Part shown: in pieces, positions 10,956 through 20,169 of the stretch
How positions within the stretch are numbered: position 1 is the first letter of the stretch
How the letters are laid out: each line of letters opens with the position of its first letter
Assembly: GCA_963758635.1 (NCBI GenBank)
Contig: CAVWWD010000008.1
Span: 832,001 to 896,000 of the forward strand
Length of the DNA: 64,000 bases
DNA from: an uncultured Candidatus Rokubacteria bacterium
GTDB taxonomy: Bacteria > Methylomirabilota > Methylomirabilia > Rokubacteriales > CSP1-6
Reading direction: 5' to 3'
Translations under genes and position numbers: made by a program
The notes under the pieces: generated by a model
Told to the model about the DNA's origin: nothing
What the model saw: only the letters and a program-made list of their open reading frames with translations
Databases searched by the model: none

Positions 10956-11312
10956 CTAGGCGGGGGGCAGAGGCACGAAGATCGAGACGCGGGCCTCGGG
11001 GCCCACCTCGCGCGTGGCGTGTCCCTGGCCGGTCAGGTCCTCGGCGATGAGGATGTCGCCCGGGCCGAGGCGCTTGACCGTCCCGTCACCGATCTCGATG
11101 TCCACGGCGCCCTCGAGCGTGAAGACGGCGTAGCGGCCGGGCGCGTGGTGCCACGGGTTCGAGCGCGTGGGCTCGAAGCGGCGGATGACGATGCCGCTGC
11201 CGGGGATCAGCTCGGCGGTCGCCGACTGGTCGCCCCGCGACTGCCAGGTGGGCTGGATCTCCTCGAAGTGGGACTGTCCGTCACTGCCCGCGTAGACCCG
11301 GATGATCGCCAT
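10956..11312 (-). CDS. Cupin-like protein
   Basis: GSDGQSHFEE, WHHAP, GPGDILIAEDLTGQGH. Confidence 0.8.
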   Translation of the reverse strand: MAIIRVYAGSDGQSHFEEIQPTWQSRGDQSATAELIPGSGIVIRRFEPTRSNPWHHAPGRYAVFTLEGAVDIEIGDGTVKRLGPGDILIAEDLTGQGHATREVGPEARVSIFVPLPPA

Positions 11313-11414
11313 GGCCGCTCGGGTCAGGCGCCGCGGGTCTTCGCGGATCGGGTCGGGATCACGCTCGTCATGCGCATCGTCCTCCTCGCTCGGGCTCCAT
11401 CTCGTGCCGCGAGC

Positions 11415-11443
11415 ATCGTAGCCACGGGCGGCGCCGGCGTCAA
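11415..11443 (-). promoter_or_regulatory. sigma70-type promoter of the cupin-MBL unit
   Basis: TTGACG-N17-TACGAT on the minus strand. Confidence 0.5.
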
Positions 11444-11477
11444 CACGAAGGGCGCGCCCGCGCGTGGCGTAGGCGAC

Positions 11478-13393
11478 TCAGACGGCGTCGGCGGCGGCGC
11501 GCATGCCGTCGATCTGGCCGGAGAGGCCGAACACGCGGAGGCGGTCGCCGGTCCGGAGCATCGCCTCGGGCGGAGGGTTCATCACGACGGTGCCGTCGGT
11601 CCGGCGGATGGCGACGACGGTGACCCCGAAGCGCTCGCGGATCTGGGCATGGCGCAGCGACCGATCACGAGGCCGGCGCCCGTCAGGGTGAACTCGCGCA
11701 CCTCGGGGAGCCCGCCCTCCGCCGGCGCCGCGTGGTCCGGCGCCTCCATGGCCCCGCGGAAGCGGTCGAGGTACGCGCTCGTCGAGTCGTCGGGCAGCCG
11801 CATCGCGCGGAGGGCGTGCCGCACCACGGTGGCCGCCACCTCCATCTCGGGCTGGACCACCACCGTCGCGCCTCCAAGCCGCAGGGCGTCGGCGTCGGCC
11901 ACGTCGTGGCCGCGCGCGATCAGGGTGGCCGTCGCGTTCATCGACCGGGCGGCGCGCGCGGCCGCGCCGGCCTCGGACAGGGCCACGACGACCAGCGCGG
12001 CGTGCTCCGCGCCCGCCGCGCGCAGCACCGTGGGCTGGCCGGCGTCGCCGAAGATGCACGCGATGCCGCGGGCCCGGAGCGCCCGCGACGACGTTGGGGT
12101 TGCGATCCACCACGGTGTAGGGCAGGGCGAACGTGTCGAGCGCCTCGCCCACCGCGCTGCCCACGCGGCCGAACCCGCAGAGCACCACCCGGCCGTCATG
12201 GGACGCTGGCCCTGGCGCCGCCGGCGCGGCCTGCCGGCGCGCGAGCCACCACGGGACCAGCCTGACCAGCGTGGCGTTGACGAGGATGGTGAGGAGCGAC
12301 GCGGCCAGGGTCGCGTTGTAGACGTCCTCGCCCACGTGCCCGGCGGCCCGCGCGACCTGGACCAGGATGAAGGAGAACTCGCCGATCTGCGTGAGGCCGA
12401 CCCCGACCAGGAGCGCCGTGGAGAGGGGATAGCCGAACACGCGGACCACCGCGGTCCTGATCACGAGCTTGCCCGCCACGACCAGCGCCACGATCACGAG
12501 CAGGAGCGGCACGTGGGCGAAGACGGAGGCGGGATCGATCAGGCAGCCGATGGTGACGAAGAAGACGGCGACGAGAATGTCGCGCACGGGCAGAAGCCGG
12601 GCGAGGGCCTCGTGGGCGTAGTCGGAGTTGCTGATGACGAGCCCGGCCAGGAACGCGCCGAGCGCCACCGAGAGGCCGACCTCGTGGGTGAGCGCGGCGG
12701 TGCCGAGCCCGATGGCGAGCGCCACCATGAGGAGCAGCTCGTCGTTGCCCGTGCGCGCGACCCGCAGCAGGAGCGGCGGCACCACCTTCCACGCGAGGTA
12801 CGCGAACGGGGCGAGGATGGCGAGGCCCTTGGCCAGCGCGGCCGCCACGGCGAGGAGCCGGCCGGGCTCGAGCGCCCCCAGCGCGGGCAGGACCACGGTC
12901 AGCACCACCACGGCCAGATCCTCGACCAGCGAGATCCCGATCATCACGCGGCCGTGGGGCGAGTGCAGCTCGCCGCGGTCGATGAGGAGCCGCGCCAGCA
13001 CCATCGTGCTCGCCACCGACACGACGAGGCCGATGACGAGCCCCTGCAGGGGCGGCCAGCCGAGGAGCGCGCCCACGCCCACGCCGAGCCCCGCGAGAGC
13101 ACGATCCCGAGCGGGCCGCCGAGGAGCGCCACCCACTTCACGCGCAGGAGGTCGGACAGCGAGAACTCGATGCCGATGGAGAACATGAGCAGCACGACGC
13201 CGATCTCGGCCACCACCTCGAAGGTGTGGACGTCGGACAGCGCCGGCCCCGGAGTGAACGGACCGATCACGATGCCGCCCGCGACGTAGCCGAGGATCAG
13301 GGGCTGGCGCGCCAGCCACGCCACCGCGCCGCCGATGACGGCGGCGAGGAAGACGTAGGCGAGGTCGCGGAAGATGACGGTGTCGGGCACCAT
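11478..13393 (-). CDS. CPA2-family cation:proton antiporter with TrkA-N/TrkA-C (RCK) domains; about 3 frameshifts
   Basis: LGYVAGGIVIGP, AEIGVVLLMFSIGIEFS, LGAFLAG, QIGEFSF, VVLCGFGRVG, IRERFGVTVVAIRR. Confidence 0.88.
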
Positions 13394-13416
13394 GGCGGTC
13401 GGTTCTCTCGGCTCGA

Positions 13417-13839
13417 TCAGTCGAGCCGACTCTTCCCCCTCCCCCCCCCAGAGACCGGTCGTCTCGTCCTCGGGGGCCACGCCCAGGTCACGGCCGAGCG
13501 CGTCGGCGCAGGCGCGGTACTGGCGAAGCGCCGCGTTCCGGCGGCCCGCGCGCGCGTGCAGGCGCATGAGCAGCCGGTGCACGTCCTCGCGGAGCGGGTC
13601 GAGGGCGAGCAGGCGCATGGCCAGCGCGCGCGATGTTCCGCCGTCGCCCCGGCCGCCGCGTGGACGGCCACGAGCCGGTCGAGAACGTTGAGCGCCCCGG
13701 AGGCGAGCAGCGCGCGCGCCTTGCGCCGGCGGATGCGCAGCGGGCGCCCGTCGCCGAGCCGCGCGCGGAAGGGGCCCAGGAGCGTAAGGGAGAGCGGCCT
13801 CGTGGTCGCCCTCCGGAGAGTGACGGCCTGCGGCGGCAT
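13417..13839 (-). pseudogene. Internally deleted SARP/AfsR-like regulator (start of wHTH joined to the end of BTAD)
   Basis: LSLTLLGPFRARLGDGRPLRIRRRKARALLA is followed within about 25 aa by LLALDPLREDVHRLLMRLHARAGRRNAALRQY...LGVAP. 3' end uncertain. Confidence 0.65.
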
Positions 13840-13975
13840 GAGTGGCCGCACTATATCACCCGCCGGCGGCGGCCACGCCCAACCCGGGCGGTGACGATCC
13901 GGTGACGGCATCCACGCTATACGCGGGATGGTGCATGCGTTCGGCACCGGATCCCTACGCGTGGAGGAGGACCAC

Positions 13976-15629
13976 ATGAGCGCAACCAGCGGGCTCACCC
14001 GACGCGCGGTCCTGGCCGCGGGGGCCGCCGCGGCCGTCGCCGCCGTGCTGCCGGCCGCCGCCCAGACGCCGCGCCGTGGCGGCGCCTTCCGGATCAGCCT
14101 CGGCGATCCTCCGCACTTCGATCCTCACCTGACCGTGCAGTGGGGAACGCTGATCGCGCTGTCCTTCACGCACAGCCGCCTCCTCAAGCACAAGGCGGGA
14201 CCGGGTGTCGCCCCCGGGACGTTTCCCATCGAGGGGACCTCGCCGAGTCCTGGTCGCAGACCAGCGACACGACCTACGTGTTCAAGCTCCGCCGTGGCGT
14301 CCGCTGGCACGCCAGGCCGCCGGTGAACGGCCGGGAGCCTCACCGCGGAGGACGTGAAGTACTCGTTCGACCGGTACCTCGGCCCCACCACCAACAACCC
14401 CAACCGCGCCATGCTCGAGGACGTGGAGAAGGTCGAGGCGCTGGACCGCTACACGGTCCGATTCACGCTCCGGACGCCGTACGCGTGGTTCTACGACGCC
14501 GTCGCCTCCACCACGGCGTGGATCGTGGCCCGGGAGGCGGTCGAGCAGCACGGCGACCTCAAGCGGGCGGAGGCGTGCATCGGCACCGGACCATGGATGC
14601 TCGATCGCTACGAGCCGAACGTGCGCCTGTCGTGGGTGCGCCACCCCGACTACTTCGCGCCCGGGCTCCCGTACGCCGACGCGGTGGAAGCCTCGATGGG
14701 GCTGGATCCCGCGTCGGCCCTGGCCCGCTGGCTCGGCGGCCAGTTCGACTTCGCCCCTGGCCTCGGGATGGTGGTCCGGCGGCAGGACCTCGACAACGTG
14801 AAGCGGCGGAAGCCGAACCTCCAGACGGCCGAGTTCCAGTGGATGGTCGGCGCGTTCGCGGCGATGAAGCTCGACCAGGAGCCGTTCCGTGACGTGCGCG
14901 TGCGCCGCGCGCTGGCGCTGGCCACGAGCTACAAGGAGATCCTCGCCGCCAGCCCGCTCGCGCTGGGGCAGGGGGGGCCCGAACACGGTGGTGCCCGCCG
15001 CGCTGACGGAGTGGGCGATCCCGCACGACCAGCTCTCGCGGGAGGGCCAGCGGCTGTACGAGCACGAGCCGGCGGCGGCGGCGCGCCTGCTCGCGGAGGC
15101 CGGGCATCCCACCGGCATCAAGGTGCCGTTCGAGACCGGGAACTCCGGGCCCGACTGGATGGATGGCGTCCAGATCTACCTGCGAGCGTGGAAGTCGGCC
15201 GGGATCGAGGCCGACCTCAAGGTCAAGGAGATGGGCGCCTTCGTGTCGAGCGCGATGCTCGGACGGTTCGAGCGGCTCATGCTCGGCATCCGCGGGGGCC
15301 AGCTCTTCCCCGACCCTTACCTCGGCTCGATGCACCTCCCGGGGCAGCGGCCGAACTCGTCGGGTGTCAACGACCCGAAGCTCACCGAGATGATCCGGCT
15401 CCAGCGCCGCACGTTCGACCCTGCTCGCCGCCGGGACATCGTCTGGGACATCCAACGCTACCTGGCGGAGCAGGTCTACTACGTGTACGGCCCGTCGGCG
15501 CGCGTGGTCGCGGCGTGGGAGTCGTACGTGCGGAACTTCGCGCCCAACCTTGGCAACGACTACGGAGGCCGCCTGATGGCGGCGTGGCTGGATACAGTGC
15601 GAGGTGAGCCCGATAGCAGTGCGAGGTGA
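13976..15629 (+). CDS. ABC transporter substrate-binding protein, family 5, Tat signal; about 3 frameshifts
   Basis: LTRRAVLAAG, GDPPHFDPH, LRRGVRWH, IGTGPWML, DVRVRRAL, NDYGGRLMAAWLD. Confidence 0.88.
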
Positions 15630-15660
15630 GCCCGATGGCAGTGCGAGGTGAGCCCGATAG
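15595..15660 (+). repeat. Tandem repeat, 3 x 22 bp (CAGTGCGAGGTGAGCCCGATRG)
   Basis: Units at 15595, 15617 and 15639 with one mismatch; overlaps the SBP 3' end. Confidence 0.92.
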
Positions 15661-15739
15661 GGCGAGCCGAGCGTATATGGGAATGCAGTAGAAGCAACCG
15701 CCGCGCCCCTCGAACGGCTGCAGCGCCGCGTGGCAGGGG

Positions 15740-15920
15740 AACGGTTCTCGGCGACGAGGCGACCTGCTCGTTCGCGCTCGATCCCGCCAGGCCAGCTTCC
15801 CGGCCCCGGCGGCAGCGGCAACGTCAACGTGTCCACCGGCGGCGGGATGCAGCGTGGTCGGCGTCGAGCAGCGTTCCGTGTCTCAGCTTCACGGACGGCG
15901 CAATCGTGAGGGGATGGGGA
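15740..15920 (+). pseudogene. Degenerate BACON-like domain remnant
   Basis: Across frames: TCSFALDPA..ASFPAP / GGSGNVNVSTGGG / AWSASSSVPCLSFT. Resembles the C..s.sP.s..f...GG.g.v.Vt...C.W.a.s...W repeat. Confidence 0.45.
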
Positions 15921-15939
15921 CGGATGCCCTGCAGGCGGT

Positions 15940-15969
15940 GCCCGCGCCCGATCTCGCTCGGGCGCGGGC
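15940..15969. terminator. Hairpin between convergent genes
   Basis: GCCCGCGCCCGA-N6-TCGGGCGCGGGC, perfect 12-bp stem. Confidence 0.55.
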
Positions 15970-16000
15970 CGGGCCTAGCACATCGTCCTGAGCCGGGCGA

Positions 16001-16873
16001 TCAGGCGTCGCGAGGCTCTTTCCGGATGAAGCGGCCGCTGCGCAGCTCGTCCAGCGTCTGCTCGATCTCCGCCCGCGTGTTCATCACGAATGGCCCGTAG
16101 CGGGCCACCGGCTCGTGGAGCGGCCGCGCGGCGGCGAGGAGAAAACGCCCTCCGCCGTCGCCCGCCTCGGCCTCCACCACCTCGCCGTCGCCGAAGACCA
16201 CCAGCGCGGGGGCGCGCACCGGCGTCCGGGCGGGGCCGAGGCGCACCTCGCCGTGGTCCACGTAGGCGAACGCGGTGTGGCCGCGGGGAACCGCCTCGCG
16301 GAAGCTCGCGCCCGCGGGCAGGGTCACGTCGACGAACTTCGGGGCGACGGCGAGCCCCTCCACCGGCCCCGTGAGCCGGCCGCCCGCCGCCTCGCCGGCG
16401 ATCACCCGGATCGACGCGCCCTCGTCGGTCTGGACCTCCGCGAGCGCGCCGGCCGACAGCTCGCGATACTGCGGCCGGCTCATCTTCTCCCTCGCGGGCA
16501 GGTTGAGCCAGAGCTGCAGGCCGCCGATCCCCTCCGGGCGGACCTGCGGCATCTCCTCGTGCAGGATGCCGCTGCCCGAGGTCATCCACTGGATGTCGCC
16601 GGCGCCGATCGTCCCGCGGTGCCCCAGCGAATCGCCGTGACGGATCTGGCCCTTCCGGACGACCGTCACCGTCTCGATCCCCCGGTGCGGATGGTAGGGG
16701 AAGCCCGCCTCGTAGTCGGCGGGGTCGACGGACTCGAAGTGGTCGAGGAGCAGGAACGGATCCAGGTAGTCGAGGCCCCGGGTGCCGAGGCTCCGCCGGA
16801 GATGGACGCCCGCGCCCTCGACGACGGGCTCCGGGGTGATGACACGCGCCACCGAGCGCGAAGAGTCGTTCAT
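16001..16873 (-). CDS. Pirin family protein
   Basis: EGAGV, DPFLLLDHF, HPHRGIETVT, QWMTSGSGILHEE, QLWLNLP, GPFVMN. Confidence 0.95.
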   Translation of the reverse strand: MNDSSRSVARVITPEPVVEGAGVHLRRSLGTRGLDYLDPFLLLDHFESVDPADYEAGFPYHPHRGIETVTVVRKGQIRHGDSLGHRGTIGAGDIQWMTSGSGILHEEMPQVRPEGIGGLQLWLNLPAREKMSRPQYRELSAGALAEVQTDEGASIRVIAGEAAGGRLTGPVEGLAVAPKFVDVTLPAGASFREAVPRGHTAFAYVDHGEVRLGPARTPVRAPALVVFGDGEVVEAEAGDGGGRFLLAAARPLHEPVARYGPFVMNTRAEIEQTLDELRSGRFIRKEPRDA

Positions 16874-17039
16874 GGTGTGCCCTCCCTTGTCGATGCGGTT
16901 GGGATGGCCGGACGGGCGGGATCGATGCCGGGCGCCCCGTGGCCGCCCCGGGCTAGCCCTCCGTCGGTCACAGGAGGATCTGTGGGGGGGCGCGGGGCCG
17001 AGCGGTATCTGCGCGGACGCCGGACGAACGCCGCCGCGG

Positions 17040-17997
17040 TCAGGCCGACGGCGCGGCCAGGTACCACTGGTTGTCGAAGGGATCCCGCACCGCGGCGCGC
17101 CGCTCCCCGTAGGGCTGGAGCGCCGGCGACTCCATGGACGTGGCGCCGGCGGCCAGCGCGCGCTGGTACGCGGCGTCCACGTCGTCCACGTAGGCGTAGA
17201 ACATGGTGGGCATGGGGCCCCACTCGCCGTGCGCCTCGCCCATCTCGATCACCGAGGCGCCCAGGCGCACGACGCCGTGGGCCAGCCGGCCGTCCGCGTC
17301 GTGGTGGATCGCCACCTCCTCGGCGGCGAAGGCGGCCTTCATGAACTCGATGAATCGGGCCGCCCCGCGCGGGTGGAGGAACGGGGTCACCGTGCCGAGG
17401 CCCTCGGGCACGTGGCCCGCCGGCCTGGTGCGTGGCGATGTACCAGTGGTTGCCCGCCACATCCTTCACACCGGCCTCGCGGTCGCCGTACGGCTGATCG
17501 ACGGGCGCGTACATCGACTCCGCCCCGGCGTCGAGCGCGGCCTGGTAGACGCGGTCCGCGTCGGGCACGTAGAGGTGGAGCCCGGTCGGCGCGGGCTGGC
17601 CGCCCCACGCGCCGCCGCCGCCGATCATCAGGAGCGAGTCGCCGATCCTCACCTCGGCGTGGAGCCCGCCGGCCGAGCCCGTGGTGCGCAGGAGCTCCTC
17701 GGCGCCGAACGCCCGCTTCAGGAACTCCACGAGCTCGGCGGCGGGGCGGACGGGCAGGTACGGGATCACGCTCTGGATGCCGGGTCGCGCGACACGGGTG
17801 GTCGTGGTCATGGCTCTCCTCGTGAGCTCCGCCGCGAGCCGCGTCCGGAAGGACGCGCGCGGCAGGGCGCGCAGGTCGTTGGCAACGTCGAGCAGCTCCG
17901 CAAGCTCGGGGTCGCCGGGCGGCAACGGAGGGCGCGGGGCGGCGAGGAGCGCCTCCAGCGCGTCGGCCAGACGATCGATCCGGGCCTCGTCGCTCAT
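17040..17997 (-). CDS. Tandem VOC/glyoxalase (PhnB-like) protein with a ~60-aa helical N-terminal extension; 1 frameshift near 17425
   Basis: Two copies of the pattern V.P.L...A..F...AF.AE...HA..RIG.S....QPYG.R.A.V.D...N.WY; N-terminus MSDEARIDRLADALEALL. Confidence 0.82.
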
Positions 17998-18545
17998 GCA
18001 GTGGCCTTCCCGCGGGCCTTCAGGCTCTGGAGCGCGCGGAACTGGAGCTGCTTCACGGCGCCCTCGGTCCGCCCGAGCGCCTCGGCGATCTCGCGCACGC
18101 TCCGGCCCTCGACGAACCGCTCCAGCACGACGCGCTGCTGGTCTTGCGGCAGGGCGCCGACGAGCTGGGCGAGGACCGCCCTGCGGTCGGCCTCGGCGGC
18201 GCTGTCGTCGGCGGGCTCGGGGGCGGGCTCGCCGCGCTCGCGCGCGACGCGCTGCCAGCGGTCGGCGAGGGCGTTCCGGGCGATCTGCATCAGCCAGGCC
18301 GCGAAGGGGATGCCCCGCCACTCGAACCGGCCCAGGTGGGCGAGGGCATGGTGGAACACCTCGGCGGTCAGGTCCTCGGCCGCCTCCCGGCCGCCGGCGC
18401 GGCGGGCGACGTAGGCGTAGACGCGGTCGAAGTTCCGCTCGTAGAGCTCCCCGAACCGGCGGGGGTCGGCCTTCGCGGCCTCGATCAGGACGCGCTCGTC
18501 GTCGCCGCCCAACGGGGTCTCCGCTGCCGATGCCTGGGGGGCCAT
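17994..18545 (-). CDS. ECF-type sigma-70 factor
   Basis: FGELYERNFDRVYAY, AEDLTAEVF, FAAWLMQIARN, region 4 SVREIAEALGRTEGAVKQLQFRA. Confidence 0.92.
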   Translation of the reverse strand: MAPQASAAETPLGGDDERVLIEAAKADPRRFGELYERNFDRVYAYVARRAGGREAAEDLTAEVFHHALAHLGRFEWRGIPFAAWLMQIARNALADRWQRVARERGEPAPEPADDSAAEADRRAVLAQLVGALPQDQQRVVLERFVEGRSVREIAEALGRTEGAVKQLQFRALQSLKARGKATA

Positions 18546-18558
18546 GGACTCACTTCCG

Positions 18559-18586
18559 ATAACGGCCGAAGCCGGGCGAACGTCAC
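18559..18586 (-). promoter_or_regulatory. Candidate autoregulatory ECF promoter
   Basis: GTGAC-N17-CGTTAT, 13 nt upstream of the sigma start codon. Confidence 0.4.
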
Positions 18587-18622
18587 GCGGGCGGCATGGT
18601 ACAAGATGAGGCTCGGATCGAC

Positions 18623-19429
18623 GTGATCACCATCGCGCGGAAGCTCCGCACCGCGGCCGCGCGCCCTGCCCAGGCGGGGCGCGGCCGGCGCCTCCTTGGG
18701 GCCGCGGCGCTGGTGACGCTGGCCGCCCTGGCGGCTGGGTGGCTGCGCGTCCACCGGCGGCTCGACTCCGCGGGGGCCGCTCATGAAGCGGTTGCTCGCC
18801 TCGACCGTCCAGCTGCGTGCCGAGCGCGAGGGCGGGGTCCGGCGGGCCGGCTCGGGCGTGGTGGTGGCCTCTGACCCGGCGACCATGCGGAGCTGGGTGG
18901 TCACGGCTGGGCCACCTGGTGGAGCCGGCCGCGCCCCAGGAGATCACCTGCGCGGTGTCCGGCCGCTCGGGCCGCACGCGGGCCAAGCTCCTCGCCTCGA
19001 GCCCCGACCCGGACCTGGCCCTGCTGCTCATCGAGGGCACGACGCTGCCGCCGGTCCGCCTGCGCCCCGAGGTCTCGCTCGGCGACGAGGTCTGGGTGGT
19101 CGCGTACCCGTGGGGGCGGGGAGTGACGGTCGGTAGCGGGGTGGTGAGCCAGATCGCGGCGGCGGACGGAGACATCGCGGTGGCCGGCGCGCCCCGCATG
19201 GTGGACGTGTCCGTGTCGTACGGCTCGAGCGGCGGAGGGCGTGTTCGACGCTCAGACCGGCGACCTCGTCGCGCTGGTCGAGGCCTACCGGACCGCCCGG
19301 ATCGCGCTGCCGCGCGATCCGGGCGCCAGCGTGCAGGTGCCGGTGGCCGGCGAGACAACGGTCATCCCTGCGGCGACGATCGTCCGGTTCCTCGCCGACA
19401 GGGGCCTGGGGCCTCTCCTGCCTCGGTAG
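18623..19429 (+). CDS. Trypsin-like serine protease with N-terminal signal/TM segment; about 3 frameshifts
   Basis: GSGVV, VVTAGHLV (His), DLALL (Asp), SYGSSGGGVFD (Ser) across frames. Confidence 0.75.
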
Positions 19430-19462
19430 GCCGAGGCCAGGCCCGCGCCGGCCCCGTAAACG

Positions 19463-19720
19463 CTACTCGGCCATCTCGACGGTGGTGGCCACCTTCTTGC
19501 CGTCGCGCTCCTCGAAGGTCACCTTGACCTTCGAGCCTTCCTTGATCGACTCCGCGGGGATGCCCTCGGCGAGATAGATCTGCGTGCCGTCGTCGAGCGT
19601 GAACGACCGCTCGGTGACGTTGACGCTCTGGACCTTTCCGGCAACGTCCTCCGCCCACCCGATGCCGAAGGACAGCGCGAGCGATGCGGCCACGATCACG
19701 GCAATGATCGACCTGGTCAT
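19463..19720 (-). CDS. Small exported OB-fold-like protein (DUF1344-like)
   Basis: Signal peptide ending AE; GKVQSV...FTLDDGT...IKEGSKVKVTFEERDGK. Paralog at 36770. Confidence 0.8.
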   Translation of the reverse strand: MTRSIIAVIVAASLALSFGIGWAEDVAGKVQSVNVTERSFTLDDGTQIYLAEGIPAESIKEGSKVKVTFEERDGKKVATTVEMAE

Positions 19721-19769
19721 TGTGGATTCCTTCGCTGACTGCGGGTTGTAGGTTCGACGAGGCTCGTGG

Positions 19770-20069
19770 CTACGCGGTGGAGGGGCGGCCGTCGGAGGGG
19801 GGCGCGCGGATCGATACCGCGGCGACGCGGGACGTGAGCCGCGGCGCCGTCTCCTCCGGCGATCGATGCGATACGGCTCGAGGCGGAGGCAGCAGACCGC
19901 CGAGCGCCTCGACGATCGCGGGCTGCGAGGTCGCGGAGACGGCGGCGTCGTGTCCGTCGGCGTCGTGGAGCCCGAACAGGCAGAGCGAGTCTGGCAGGAA
20001 CGTGCTCGCGGACAACGTCGACGCGAGCAGGCACGTCACGAACAGCAGGACCGCGGCCGCTCTGTCCAT
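19770..20069 (-). CDS. Small exported leader-like protein with a C-terminal RAPP motif
   Basis: Hydrophobic N-terminus, [16 protein letters not shown], ...[15 protein letters not shown]; has its own sigma70-like promoter. Confidence 0.65.
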   Translation of the reverse strand: MDRAAAVLLFVTCLLASTLSASTFLPDSLCLFGLHDADGHDAAVSATSQPAIVEALGGLLPPPRAVSHRSPEETAPRLTSRVAAVSIRAPPSDGRPSTA

Positions 20070-20077
20070 CAGGAGTC

Positions 20078-20126
20078 AGCGTAGGAGCGGGTCCGCCTTG
20101 CGTCAAGACGTATCGGCTCCGATACG
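20078..20126 (-). promoter_or_regulatory. sigma70 promoter plus upstream palindrome
   Basis: TTGACG-N17-TACGCT, 8 nt before ATG 20069; inverted repeat CGTATCGG-CT-CCGATACG at 20109-20126 next to the -35. Confidence 0.5.
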
Positions 20127-20169
20127 GCGTACGCCAGCCGCACACAGTAAGGACATGTCGCGCGGCGGG

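Noticed and set aside
15595..15660. Possible CRISPR array
   Set aside because: The units abut with no spacers, and there are no cas genes.
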